64,000 nt of DNA from Octopus sinensis (lineage: Eukaryota). Each line of letters starts with the position of its first letter. Position 1 is the stretch's first letter. The notes beneath the pieces were generated by a model. It was not told the origin of the DNA and did no database searches. It worked only from the letters and a program-made list of their open reading frames with translations. Location: positions 496,001-560,000 of the forward strand of contig NC_043012.1 of assembly GCF_006345805.1 (NCBI RefSeq), given 5' to 3'. Below are positions 28,167-40,454 of this stretch, in pieces. A program made the position numbers and the translations under genes.

Positions 28167-28712
28167 ATGCCCTGATGCAGTACAAAGCAGTGGCTCTCAA
28201 TGACTTCTCATCTTAACTGATTGGGAGTATTATCATGTACATTGTTTTGACTTGGGATAAAAGATGGGGTTACAGCAAACATTCTGTTCAGTACCACAGA
28301 TTTGCTTGTCAGTTGTTTGACCGTAACTAGTTAAGCATGTCTCTTAGTGCATCTCTCTTCACAAGCAGTAATAAATAGTTGGGGACCATCATAGCCATGT
28401 GTTGAGAGGGATTCTTTGGTGTTTAAATAATTTACCTCTGGAAACATGGATGTTGCGTTCAAAATCCTTAAACGACCCTTATTCGGCAACCTTTTGAGCG
28501 GAATGGGCTACACGACCTGAAGAAAGATCTAACTTGGCCACGCCTGCAAGGTCATGCGCTGTTTATCTTGATAGGAGATCACCATGTTGCACATATAGTT
28601 GTGATGCATGTGCCTAGGGTGCATTTATCAGACGAGTAGCCATAACGGGTATACTGGGCTTCATATATTTTACCCCAGTGTCACTTTGATGATATACACT
28701 GCTCTCTCACTC
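28167..28712 (+). mobile_element. Family D copy, more diverged, in tandem with the previous copy
   Basis: ATGCCCTGATGCAG...TGCTCTCTCACTC between (AAT)n tracts. Confidence 0.88.
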
Positions 28713-28733
28713 AATCATAATAATATAATAATA

Positions 28734-28784
<51 letters not shown>

Positions 28785-29020
28785 TAATTATAGTAATAAT
28801 AATAATAACGATAATGATGATGCTACGTTATTTACATTAGACGGATATTTGTCCTCATCTTGTTTGTTATTAACACAACATTTCGGCTGATATACTCTCC
28901 AGCCTTTATCAGGTGTTTTGGGGAAATTTCGACCCTGGGTTCTCATTCCTAAGTTAGTTTTCGATATTGTTATTGTTATTGTTGTTGTTGTTTTTGTTAT
29001 TATTATTATTATTGTTGTTG

Positions 29021-29069
<49 letters not shown>

Positions 29070-29164
29070 GACTGAAACAAATAAAAGAAAACAGAAAAAG
29101 GTATCGTGTCTTTTGGGGCATGTGCCTTTTTCTTTTCCCTTTTATTTTATTTTTAAGTATAGAC

Positions 29165-29850
29165 GTATGCTCAAATCAAACCCGTTCACTCACATCATTC
29201 TCTCCACTTTCATCCACCTTTCCCGAAACTGGCTGGAAGACAACACTTCCCTCTCTATCCTAATTTTCCTTTTCAATTGAAACATGAACAAGTTGACCAG
29301 GCATTGGCCAAAGAGAAAAGCGTTTGTCTTCAGGCTCTTCCATCTCGTCCACCACGCAAATACTTTCGGCATGGTTTCCAGGCATATAAACACAGATTTT
29401 CGTCCTCGGTCAAAAGGAAGGTGGTGGAGAGATCTTCACGATGAATTCATTTGACAGCCAGATCCGTCCTACATGCCACAGGAGGTGGTTGACATAAACC
29501 CATAGGTCAGCAATGCTCGGGCACTGGACGAGTGCAAGCAAGACTGTCTCGTCGTCCTGCTCGCACCTCGGAAATGCGCGGCTGACGGTACCTCCGTGCC
29601 TGTGAAGTTTATCGCGAACATGCAAAGCTCTCCAGTAGCACTTCCAGGCCAGAAATTTTTGGAAATTATCCATCGGTCCAGGACCGAAAGTTCTCCGAAA
29701 AAGAGCGGCTAATTGATCTTCGACGCCCAAGGTCTCCCCAAGTACGTCGTTGGACTTTTCCATCACTAATCCTTTATAAAAAGCATAAGTGGATGGTCCA
29801 TCTGTCGCAGTATCCGATTGGTTGAGGACTGTGAGCACTTAAAAACATTT
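29165..29850 (-). mobile_element. Diverged Tx1-like LINE fragment (ORF2 C-terminus, different subfamily)
   Basis: Minus ORFs 29410-29838 (GPGPMDNFQ..PRCEQDDETVLLALVQCP..) and 29190-29393 (LKRKIRIEREVLSS..) align by eye with 61780-62420. No matching 3'UTR seen. Confidence 0.88.
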
Positions 29851-30631
29851 TACTTTCCAAATGTTCCCCTTGGTCTCTGTTTTACCCTGAATTGTAGCTC
29901 CGTTAAAGAAACAAGCTGCGGAAATACGTGCATGGTGATAATAAATGTAAGATATGCTGAACAAAGACCGCAAAGATTCTGATAATTCAGATAATCCAGC
30001 GGCCGAAACAAAATTTACATTTTAGACCACCCAAAAGATGAAAGAGAATCCTTGACCTCGACGGAATTAAATTCCGAGCGCAACAGAGCATGTTGTTGCT
30101 GTTGTAGGGAGCATGTGTACAGTTTTGCTGTTTTGTTGTGGAAGCGTCAATGATAACCTGATTGTACAAAAGAAACCCCTATACTAAGCATGAGATAAGA
30201 CAGGTCATCTAAGAAATTCCGTTAAACTGTATAGTTATTGACCTTATAAGTCTGCAACCAAATCGCATTAGGACCAGATGTAGATACACATGGCTCACCA
30301 CGTGGAGCGGCAGAATCATGAGAGGAATAGACGAAAATACATTTACAGAATGTCGTACGTGCCACATTCTCAAGTTAAAATCTGGCGTGCGTTGACCCAC
30401 ACATTAAAACACACACACACACACACACAAACACACAGACACACACGAATACCCACACGTATACAAACAAATATATCTATAGTGACGTACCTGTACAAAT
30501 ACTTATCTGTGTGTGTGTTGTGTGTGTGTGTGTGCGTGTGGCGTGTGTGTGTGGTGCATATTAAAAATAATGTAGTTACTCGATAGTTAATCTTGCAAAT
30601 CAAGAAAATGATAAACTGATATATATAATAA

Positions 30632-30705
<74 letters not shown>

Positions 30706-30776
30706 ATATATATATTTATATATATACATATATATACACACACTTATGTGCAGATACATATATGCTTTTGTGTACC

Positions 30777-30807
<31 letters not shown>

Positions 30808-30808
<1 letters not shown>

Positions 30809-31036
30809 CTTTCTTTACTCTTTTACTTGTTTCAGTCATTTGACTGTGGCCAGGCTGGACATTAGTTATATATGAAGCAAATCGACTCTAGGACTTATTC
30901 TTTGTAAGCCTAGTATTGATTCAATCGGTCTCTTTTACCGAACACCTAAGTTACGGGAACGTAAACACACCAGCGCCGGTTGTCAAGCGATATTGGGGGG
31001 GGGACAAACACAGACACACACAGACACAGACGCACG

Positions 31037-31112
<76 letters not shown>

Positions 31113-31262
31113 CGACACGCTTCTTTCCGTTTCTGTCTGCCAAATCCCCTCACAAGTCTTTGGTCGGCCAGAGGCTACAGTAGAAGACACTTGCCCAAGG
31201 TGTCACACAGTGGGACTGAACCCGGAACCATGTGGTTGGTAAGCAAGCTACTTACCATACAC
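30808..31262 (-). mobile_element. SINE family A
   Basis: Reverse-complement match to family A. Confidence 0.88.
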
Positions 31263-31454
31263 CATCACACCACACACCACCACACCACACACCTACATAT
31301 GCACACACGCGCACATCAAGGTCACCAGCCCCTATCCACACGCAAATACACGCTCTCACATTCACTCGCATGCGCACCTTCGTTTTGGGGATCACCACTA
31401 CTTTATCATCTCTCCTTTTTCCTAGCTGTCTTGTCTGACCAGCTTTGTCCGGCA

Positions 31455-31650
31455 TTCGCCATGATTGATCGCTAGTCACTAAACATTTTTTTTTCTATTT
31501 TCTCTCTGCTTATTTCTGTGTTTCTTTCTGTGGAAGAGCATAGGCTCGAAACGTAAAATACCTTCTCAGTTCCCGAGCGTTAAACTAATACATCTATTTA
31601 CTGTTTTGACACCAGTCTACGTCTTTTATTTTGTTTATTTTTTGTAAATT
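31455..31650 (+). mobile_element. Penelope-like unit (family P2)
   Basis: Hammerhead-like motif plus GAGCGT..CTAATA..ACGTC segment related to 52300-52502. Ends in (TA)n. Confidence 0.5.
31525..31558 (+). ncRNA. Degenerate minimal hammerhead (Penelope-type)
   Basis: TTT-CTGTGGA-A-GAGC(atag)GCTC-GAAAC-GTA-AAA. Confidence 0.6.
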
Positions 31651-31665
31651 GTAACTATATATATT

Positions 31666-31710
<45 letters not shown>

Positions 31711-31725
31711 TATATATATATAATA

Positions 31726-31967
31726 AATATTAGGGAATAAATCCAAACTTACAGGGAAAATCAGATTTAGGATTGAATCCAATTTATAGTAAAATATTAT
31801 ATTATATTAAATTAGAGACAAACCACTATTAGGCAAATCAAACAATGAAAGACTTAAGCCAATACATATGATTAATTTATATTAATATAAATTAATCATA
31901 CGTATTGGCTTAGTCTTTCATTGTTTGATTTGCCTAATAGTGGTTTTGTCTCTAATTTAATATAATA
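31726..31967. mobile_element. Family P1 unit folded into a ~170-bp palindrome
   Basis: Arms at about 31799-31883 and 31884-31967 are near-perfect reverse complements. Same terminus as the other P1 copies, with (TA)n on both sides. Confidence 0.65.
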
Positions 31968-32232
31968 TATATATATATATATAACAAGATAAGAAATGGA
32001 GAAATACATCTAATCAAATATCAATTACAATTACACGATAATACTCAATCACATACTTTATTAAACCACCACATAAGAGACTGTAGGGTTACATATAAAA
32101 AGCAGAACAAATCAGTGTACAGTAGTGTACAGTATGTACATAAAAAAGTGTACATAAAAGAGTAATGATGTATAATAAGTAGAATATATATAAAAGAGAA
32201 TATAATATAAGTAAATATAAATATAAGTATAG

Positions 32233-32370
32233 ATTACATCTTACAGCTGTTTCGGCCATGTAGATAAGTATGTCTCATTTTACCAATATTAGCCTTTTAT
32301 GGTAGGTCAATATATAGATATAAATGAGACATTTACAAAAATATCATAAGGCCTCTCGGAGATTTGTAAT
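32233..32370 (-). ncRNA. Degenerate hammerhead with ~100-nt stem II insert
   Basis: Minus strand reads ATTAC(aa)ATCT-CCGAGA-GGCC...GGCC-GAAAC-AGCT-GTA-AGATGTAAT, with an internal ATGTCTCATTT/AAATGAGACAT inverted repeat. Confidence 0.65.
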
Positions 32371-32874
32371 ATAAATCAGTCTACATATATATCCACATGG
32401 GTGTGGGTACATACCCATAATACAACATATACATATACATATGAGTGCATATACTCACACTCCTATACATATAAAAATATACATATACATAATGATATAA
32501 ATAAATAATATAAATTAGTAAACATATATATGTTCCACATTCAACGTCTCAGTTTCTCGACTTAATATTGTGATAATAAACATACACATATTAGTACCTA
32601 GATGCAAGGAGATGGCAATCTTTTTATTCTTTCTTGTCTTGAGGTACACAGCCAAACGGCTTAGTGGATCTGCGTGAAAATTTTCACACATCTGGAGACG
32701 GGTGCATAGATTGGAATGCGGTTGGTATTTTCTCCCTAGCCCCTATAGTTACCGAGAAAATGGATTACAACTTTTCTAATGAAGTTCCCGTTTGTTCCGC
32801 CATTAAATCAACCAGTTGCTCACACAGCCGACATATACCATTTCGCTAGCAACAAGGGGAATTTTTACCAGTGA

Positions 32875-32931
32875 TTCATACTGAACAAGGTTGAAGTTCT
32901 CGGGCCAGATCCCGAAACCATGGTATATGAG
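32875..32931 (+). ncRNA. Degenerate hammerhead
   Basis: TTCATA-CTGAACA-...CCC-GAAAC-CATG-GTA-TATGAG: 6-bp stem I and palindrome ACCATGGT. Confidence 0.62.
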
Positions 32932-33144
32932 TATCTGAATGGCATATTCTTGAAAGGTATGCTTTTTAATGTCTTCATTCACTATCCGTTTCTTCGCCTA
33001 CTCTTGTTTTTCTGTTATTTGGTGCCTTCCGGCGCTTGAATTAAGGATTTAGCTCCTATTTCTAAACAGATTGATGCTTTTTCCTCATCCTCATGCCTTG
33101 TGGTCCGTTTAAATTATACACACACAAACGCACACACACACTAC

Positions 33145-33175
<31 letters not shown>

Positions 33176-33423
33176 TTTATAAATATACATATACATACAT
33201 GCATACGTATACATATATATTTACATATATATAGACATAGGTAGATACGCAGACAGACAAGTGAACTGACAGACATATAGATAAATAAGTATGTATATAC
33301 ATATACACAAATGAGCACATTCAGACTAGTTCTCTCGTTTCATCTTCTTCTTCTTCTTCTTCTTCTTCTTCTTCTTCTTCTTCTTCTTCTTCTTCTTCTT
33401 CTGCTTCTTCTTCTTCTCCTTCT

Positions 33424-33469
<46 letters not shown>

Positions 33470-33931
33470 CTTTCGCGTGGTACATATTTTTCTGTAACTG
33501 TATACGTGTCAACCGAAGCTGAGAGTTAAAACAACACGAGTTTTATATTTCGTCGTTAGAAATATATATGAACTGTTGTATTTCTTTTGTTACGTTGAAC
33601 GAAAGGCGTAATTAGAGTTTCACCGGAGCGAGTCGGCGTTCTCTCCACTTGGCCCGGAAATTCTTGTAGTCTCACAATTACAAATAGAGAAATGACCTGG
33701 ATATGGCAAACATCTTAAATATCTGTCAAAATGATGTTACACCAAAATGATGTAATTCTTATTTTTATTGTACGTTTACGCCAGGAGTGATACAAGTAAG
33801 GTCTACGAAGCATTTAGTAAAATTTTGTGATATTTCATCGTGGCTTTTGTGACATTTGTTTCGGTTCATGTCTCACTCACGTTTGTGGATTCCCCTGTTC
33901 TTGCAATCTTGGGTTCGATAATATATAGTAA

Positions 33932-33966
<35 letters not shown>

Positions 33967-34218
33967 CACAGACACAGACACAGACACACACACCACAGAC
34001 ACACAGACCACACAGAAGCATTGTTCTAATTCGGCATGGTCATTGTTTTGATGACACATCATAGAAGAGTAGAATGAAATAAGTGGAGCACACGCGGAGG
34101 TGAAAAGTGTCTCTGCAGAAGTAACAAATGTGTGACAAAAGATTTCCGGACAACGGACATGAGTTAGAGTAAGAACAGCAATAAACGAATGAAAAACATA
34201 TATTAATATATAATATAT

Positions 34219-34447
34219 ATAAATATATTATATAGATAATATTAGGGAATAAATCCAAATTTCAGCAGGAAAAAATCAAATTAGGATTAATCCAATTTTA
34301 TAGTAAAATATATATAATATTAATTCGAGACAAAACCACTATTTTGCAAACCAAACAAGGAAAGACTTATCAATACTAAAAATTTTTATATAAAGAAATA
34401 ACCGCCACTACAATCGTTTCATGTCTTCAATGACATTCGTCAGGTGG
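34219..34447 (-). mobile_element. Family P1 unit carrying the intact hammerhead
   Basis: AATATTAGGGAATAAATCCAAA.. terminus shared with 31726. The hammerhead lies at its 5' end on the minus strand. Confidence 0.65.
34405..34447 (-). ncRNA. Minimal type I hammerhead ribozyme with intact core
   Basis: Minus strand reads CCAC-CTGACGA-ATGTC(attgaa)GACAT-GAAAC-GATT-GTA-GTGG: 4-bp stem I, 5-bp stem II, near-palindromic stem III and a GUA cleavage triplet. Confidence 0.85.
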
Positions 34448-34498
34448 ATTTTCGATCTGCTAATCTGTTTTAATTTATGAAGTCATAAATTAAACAGA

Positions 34499-34598
34499 NN
34501 NNNNNNNNNNNNNNNNNNNNNNNNNNNNNNNNNNNNNNNNNNNNNNNNNNNNNNNNNNNNNNNNNNNNNNNNNNNNNNNNNNNNNNNNNNNNNNNNNN
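34499..34598. other. Assembly gap (100 N)
   Basis: Run of exactly 100 N. The true gap size is unknown. Confidence 0.99.
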
Positions 34599-34644
34599 CC
34601 CTAGCCCAGGAACTCGCAACAGGGTCCGTTATGACCTTGTGGGT

Positions 34645-35078
34645 CTTTACTCTTTTATTTTATTTCTTTATTGTTTCAGTCATTTGACTGTGGCCATGCT
34701 GGAGCACCGCCTTTAGTCGAGCAAATCGACCCCGGGATTATTCTTTGTAAGCCCATACTTATTCTATCGGTTCTCTTTTGCCGAACCGCTAATGGGGGAC
34801 GTAAACACACCAGCATCGGTTGTCAAGCAATGCTAGGGGGACAAACACAGACACACAAACACCACAACACATACATACATATATATATATATATATTATA
34901 TATAATATACATATATACGACAGGCTTCTTTCAGTTTCCGTCTACCAAATCCACTTACAAGGCATTGGTCGGCCCGGATCTATAGCAGAAGACACTTGCC
35001 AAGATGCCACGCAGTGGGACTGAACCCGGAACCATGTGGTTGGTTAGCGAGCTACTTACCACACAGCCACTCCTGCGC
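34645..35078 (-). mobile_element. SINE family A
   Basis: Full-length reverse-complement match. Confidence 0.9.
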
Positions 35079-36240
35079 CTATTGTAAAAAAATTATGGGC
35101 AATAAATTGATTCTCCTTCCACGATATGCAAAATATACGAACAACCATTTTTTAACACACTTCCTTATATATATTTATAAAAATAGATTAGGATCTCAAA
35201 GCATTGAATGGTTATGAGGGTCCACTTGAGTAAGACAGGAACCAAAAAGATCCATATGTGAAAAATGGTTGATAAACACTGCCCCTCCCAGTCTCTCTCT
35301 CTTTAATCCCATTCCATACAACCCTTAACACACAGTTTCAACCTCTAGCTCTCCTAGCTACAAGGCATTAACTCTCTTAAACATACAATAACTCTCTCTA
35401 CTCACCTCTCATATTATCTCTTTCATTACACTAACAGACTCTACAATATCTTAGTTATAACGCATATTATGTACTAGTCCTGTGAGTCAACGATGAGGAA
35501 GCATCTACGTGGTCGCCTGGCATGCTAGAAATAGAAACTACTCTTAACCCATTGCTAAAAAATTTACTCTACAAATACCACTGTGTGGCCTATGTAGTCC
35601 TGAAGGAACACAGGCACCTGCGCAATCCCTCCGACCATGGAGCAGGGTGGTAGCTGGAGAGAGGAAGAGAGAGAGGGGGGAGAGTGAGTGAGAGACAGAG
35701 ACAGACAGAGAGACAGAGAGACAGAGAAACAGAGAGAGAACGAATGAGGAAGTGATAGGAGTGCAGTACCATTTGTACTAGGATGATGCACGTTTTCGTT
35801 TGAGTAGAATAGAAAAATGGGAAATGAGGCGACTTGCTCAATGACACAGTGTGCCGCGTTGTCCGAAATCAAACCCAAGATCTTATGATCGCGATCCCCA
35901 AGTTCCAGCGACTACACTTTGTGCCTTCACTCTATATATATCAATGTACATGTTTAATGTATAAGCGAAAGGAGCATGGCTGAATGGTTAGGACATTGCA
36001 CCCACGAACGCAGAATAGTGGTTTCGATTCCCGGACTGACGAATTACCGGTGTACTTGAGCAAAATGCTGTATTTCGAGTAATTCCAAAACATCAAGCTG
36101 TGAATGAATGAATGAATGAATGACCTTGTGACGAACTGAGGTCACGTTCAGGGGGAAATACTGTGATCCGAGTAATTTATATGTCATGGAAACCTGGAAA
36201 ATGGCTCTTTGATTACTAGGGTACAAGAGAGACCAGGGTT

Positions 36241-36386
36241 GGTGATGAGGATGATGAGGAAGATGATGATGATGATGATGATAATGATGATGATGATGAT
36301 GATGATGATGGCGAAAACGATGATGGCGAATACGATGACAGAACAATGACGATGATGATGATGATGAAGTTGATGACTAGGTTTAG

Positions 36387-36418
<32 letters not shown>

Positions 36419-36780
36419 GTGATGATGGCGAAGACGACGACAACAACGCCAACGATGATGATGATGACGATGATGACGACGACAACGATGATTACGACGA
36501 CGAGAACGATGACGACGTCGGCGGCGACAACGATGACGACAACGACAACGATGTGGAAGATGATGATGCTGGTGATGATGACTGCGATGACGATGATGAC
36601 GAGGACGACGACGACGGCGATGATCACAAGGACGACGACGGTGATGACGATGATGATGCCGAGAGCAATGACGATGACAGACGACGAAGATGAAAACGAT
36701 GACAAGGACGATGACCGGCGATGACGATGCAGACGACAATTGCGACGACGACGGTAAGATGAAGACGTTGATGACGATGA
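36241..36780. repeat. Degenerate (GAT/GAC)n trinucleotide tract
   Basis: Direct reading. Confidence 0.92.
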
Positions 36781-37196
36781 TATAATTTATAATCACTTAG
36801 ATCAACGCGCGCAAATATAAATACGCATACACAGGCTAAAACACATAGAGACATGCATACACACACACACATATGCACACGCACACACATACCCAGAAAC
36901 GTACAAAAATACATTAGTAGCATTTATAATGTATCAGGCTACGGCACACACATTGTCACCCCACCCATATTGACATATATGTAAACGTGTTTAATAAAAT
37001 ATATGAACAACTTCATCTAATGTATTACATTATATCACTAATCATTTTTGTCGCTGAGTCAGGGCAAGTCAACAGTGTGTGTATGTATGTATGTATGTAT
37101 GTATGTATGTATGTATGTATGTATGTATGTAGTAGTATGTATGATGTATGGATTGGTGTATTCTCTATATATACATATACTTGTGAAATAAATATG

Positions 37197-37235
<39 letters not shown>

Positions 37236-38128
37236 TAGTATATATATATATATATATATATAATATATTATATATATGCAATATGTATATATATATGTGT
37301 GTGTGTGTGTACTAGGAAAGTAGGTGAATTAATGTGATTTAATTCCTTAATATATGATCTGAAATTGATATTAACAGCAATCTTGAACGACATTATTTTG
37401 TTGGTATTTGATATATTAAACCGCTTACCACTTAAAAAATCTCCGCCTAGCAGTAAAATTTGAGATTTTTCGCTTTCTTCTTCGGTCAGGTTACGTGCTA
37501 GTGGTCGGGGAATAGTCTCTCCTAGGAACTGAAAGATCGAAATGGAGAGAGAGAGAGAGAGGAGGGAGAGACAGAATGACAGAAAGACAGAGAGACGGAG
37601 ACAGACAGAGAGACAGAGAGATAGATAGAGATAGAGAAAGACAGAGGAGAAAATACACTACTTGAGATTTCAGTTCTTAATTAAAGCACTATTTCCCTTC
37701 AGTCAAAAAATGAATGTTCTTACGGGAAATTCTGCGGCAGTTTTATTTCCGCCAAACAATTTTTAAAAACTATTCAAGACATATATCTTAATGAACAATT
37801 AATATTTTCTGGTAGGATTTTGTTACTCGATCGAACTTGGTTACTGTTTATTTACAATATAGTCAGAACTCTCTCTCTCTCTCTCTGTAACAAGTATAGA
37901 TATTATATGACACCATTGTTTTAACTTTCATGCTGATATATATGCATTTTTATGTTGTGAAAAGAGGCAAGCCATTCTCAGTTTTTGTTTTTGCAATTGG
38001 TAGTTCATACATACATACATACACACAAACATGCATATACATACATACATATATATATGTGTGTATGTGTGTGTGTGTGTGTTTATATATATAGATAGAT
38101 GGATAGATAGATAGATAAATAAACAGAA

Positions 38129-38175
<47 letters not shown>

Positions 38176-38180
38176 TAGAC

Positions 38181-38247
<67 letters not shown>

Positions 38248-38449
38248 AGAGGTATATAATTAGAACGTTGGCGGACTAATACTCAGACGTCGAAATATCA
38301 AGGGAGGACAACTCTGGAAATCTGGTTGTTTTATTCTTGTTAGAATGCCTCGGTGAATAATTATTTACTCGTTTTATATATACATATAAAATAGAAATAC
38401 CATTATTTCTAAATATCTCAAAGAGAGACATTCAGTAACAGTTCTTTAA

Positions 38450-38572
38450 AGTAAAGGCTGTTTGCCCACCTAATGTTATTGTCCCGAGACGGACGATGTT
38501 TGTTGGGGCTAAAACAAAAGTAACATCGTCCCTATCGGGACAACCGCATTATGTTGGCAAATAGCCTTTACT
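38450..38572. mobile_element. Foldback MITE, possibly Kolobok-like
   Basis: ~50-bp imperfect inverted arms AGTAAAGGCT..GGACGATGTT. Flanked by TTAA on the left and TTAT on the right. Confidence 0.5.
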
Positions 38573-39084
38573 TTATATATTACAAGCTACCTAACTGATA
38601 AAATCATATATAGATTTTATCCTGAATTTTAAAATATATTAAGAATATATATAATTTCACACAGATCAAAATTATTCACTGCTGAATTATTTGCTTACTC
38701 TCACGTGGCTGAAAATAAACGAAACTGATTTCTGAATTTTCATTTGTACATAAGTACGAACAATTTTATTTACGGGGTGAAGCCGTTGAGCTCGTGTGGT
38801 AAGTATGATTGTTCGTCTTTATGTGCACTGCGTTATATTACGCTGATGACGGGGAAAATGTGGTTACCCTTTAATCCTGAAATCAATTGATATATAACAA
38901 AACATTTTCATGAATCTTTTTCCTTTATTTGCCCGAAATACACGCGTATTTATTGCGATAATTTTATGATTTCTTTGAGACAATCGTCTTCTTGAAGCAT
39001 GTGGCAAAGCTAGTGTACTTACACGCTTGGCCTCAATATTATTTTATATATAGATGCATACATACATAATACATTTATATATAT

Positions 39085-39485
39085 AGGAGTGGCTGTGTGG
39101 TAAGTAGCTTGCTAACCAACCACATGGTTCCGGGTTCAGTCCCACTGCGTGGCACCTTGGGCAAGTGTCTTCTGCTATAGCCCTGGGCCGACCAATGCCT
39201 TGTGAGTGGATATGGTAGACGGAAACTAAAAGAAGCCTGTCGTATATATGTATATATATATATATAAGTGTGTGTGTATATGTTTGTGTGTCTGTGTTTG
39301 TCCCCCTAGCATTGCTTGACAACCGATGCTGGTGTGTTTACGTCCCCGTCACTTAGCGGTTCGGCAAAAGAGACGGATAGAATAAGTACAGGGCTTACAA
39401 AGAATAAGTCCCGGGGTCGATTTGCTCGACTAAAGGCGGTGCTCCAGCATGGCCGCAGTCAAATGACTGAAACAAGTAAAAGAGT
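39085..39485 (+). mobile_element. SINE family A
   Basis: Full-length match. Confidence 0.9.
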
Positions 39486-39529
39486 AACAGAGAAAAAGAG
39501 TATATATATATATATATATATGAATGTAT

Positions 39530-39649
<120 letters not shown>

Positions 39650-39677
39650 ATAATGTATGTATATGTGCACATTCATA

Positions 39678-40350
39678 TCTATTATATCAAAGTCAATGTC
39701 TTTATGTGTTCATGTGTTACTTATACATTCGAACCTGCTGCACCGATCATAATGAAATTTGGAACACAGAATCCAAGACTAGGGAGAATGGTAAAGCTGT
39801 ATGTTTTATACAATTCCATGGACCAAAATCACTGATTGGATCCTTATGATATTTGAAATTTAAATTCAATGCATAAGGTGGGGGGGGGGGTATAATGCAA
39901 TATGTTTGGTTTGAATTTCAGATGGCTTAAAGAGGGCAGAAGCCCCATGAAAAATCATAAATTTTCGATGTTGATGAAATTTCAACCATGGGTAATTGAC
40001 ACACATCAAGAAGTATTCTCAAAGTTTCCATTTCACATGAGGATTACGAGCAACCCCAATGGGGGCTTTAAGTCCCAAATTTTCGTCATTTCTTTTATGA
40101 TCCAAAACTAGGTCAAAAGTACTGTATGGATCTTTAGGAAATTTGGAAATTATATTCTATGCATAAGGGCCATAACCCCCATGACAATTCATATATTTTT
40201 ACAGTTGATGAAATTTTAACCATAGATATTAGATACAAGTGAAGTAATATTTATAAAATTTCATCTTCTTACAAATTAGAAAGACCCCTTCATGGGGACT
40301 TAACACCCACAATTTAGTCATTTTATCCAAGCAGAGACGAATGCTTTTGT
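39678..40350 (+). mobile_element. Probable non-autonomous Helitron-like element, 3' end unclear
   Basis: A|TCTATTATATCAAAG start, GCACCGATCATAATGAAATTTGG motif and internal ~200-bp repeated blocks (TTGATGAAATTT.AACCAT). No clear CTAG terminus. Confidence 0.5.
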
Positions 40351-40454
40351 ACTCTTGGAAGCTGTAGGGTGAGCATTATTTGTAATTCAATGGTACAACA
40401 GTGTAAGAGTTAGACGTTGTGCAAAGACAATAAAAAATAATAATGATCTTTTCT

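Noticed and set aside
27517-28810. Repeat-spacer-like alternation suggesting CRISPR
   Set aside because: The units are 550-bp homologous elements separated by microsatellite, the DNA is eukaryotic in character, and there are no cas genes.
36346-36693. Asp-rich ORF resembling an acidic biomineralisation protein
   Set aside because: Lies wholly in a degenerate (GAT/GAC)n tract that is open in several frames on both strands, with no signal peptide or unique flanking coding sequence.
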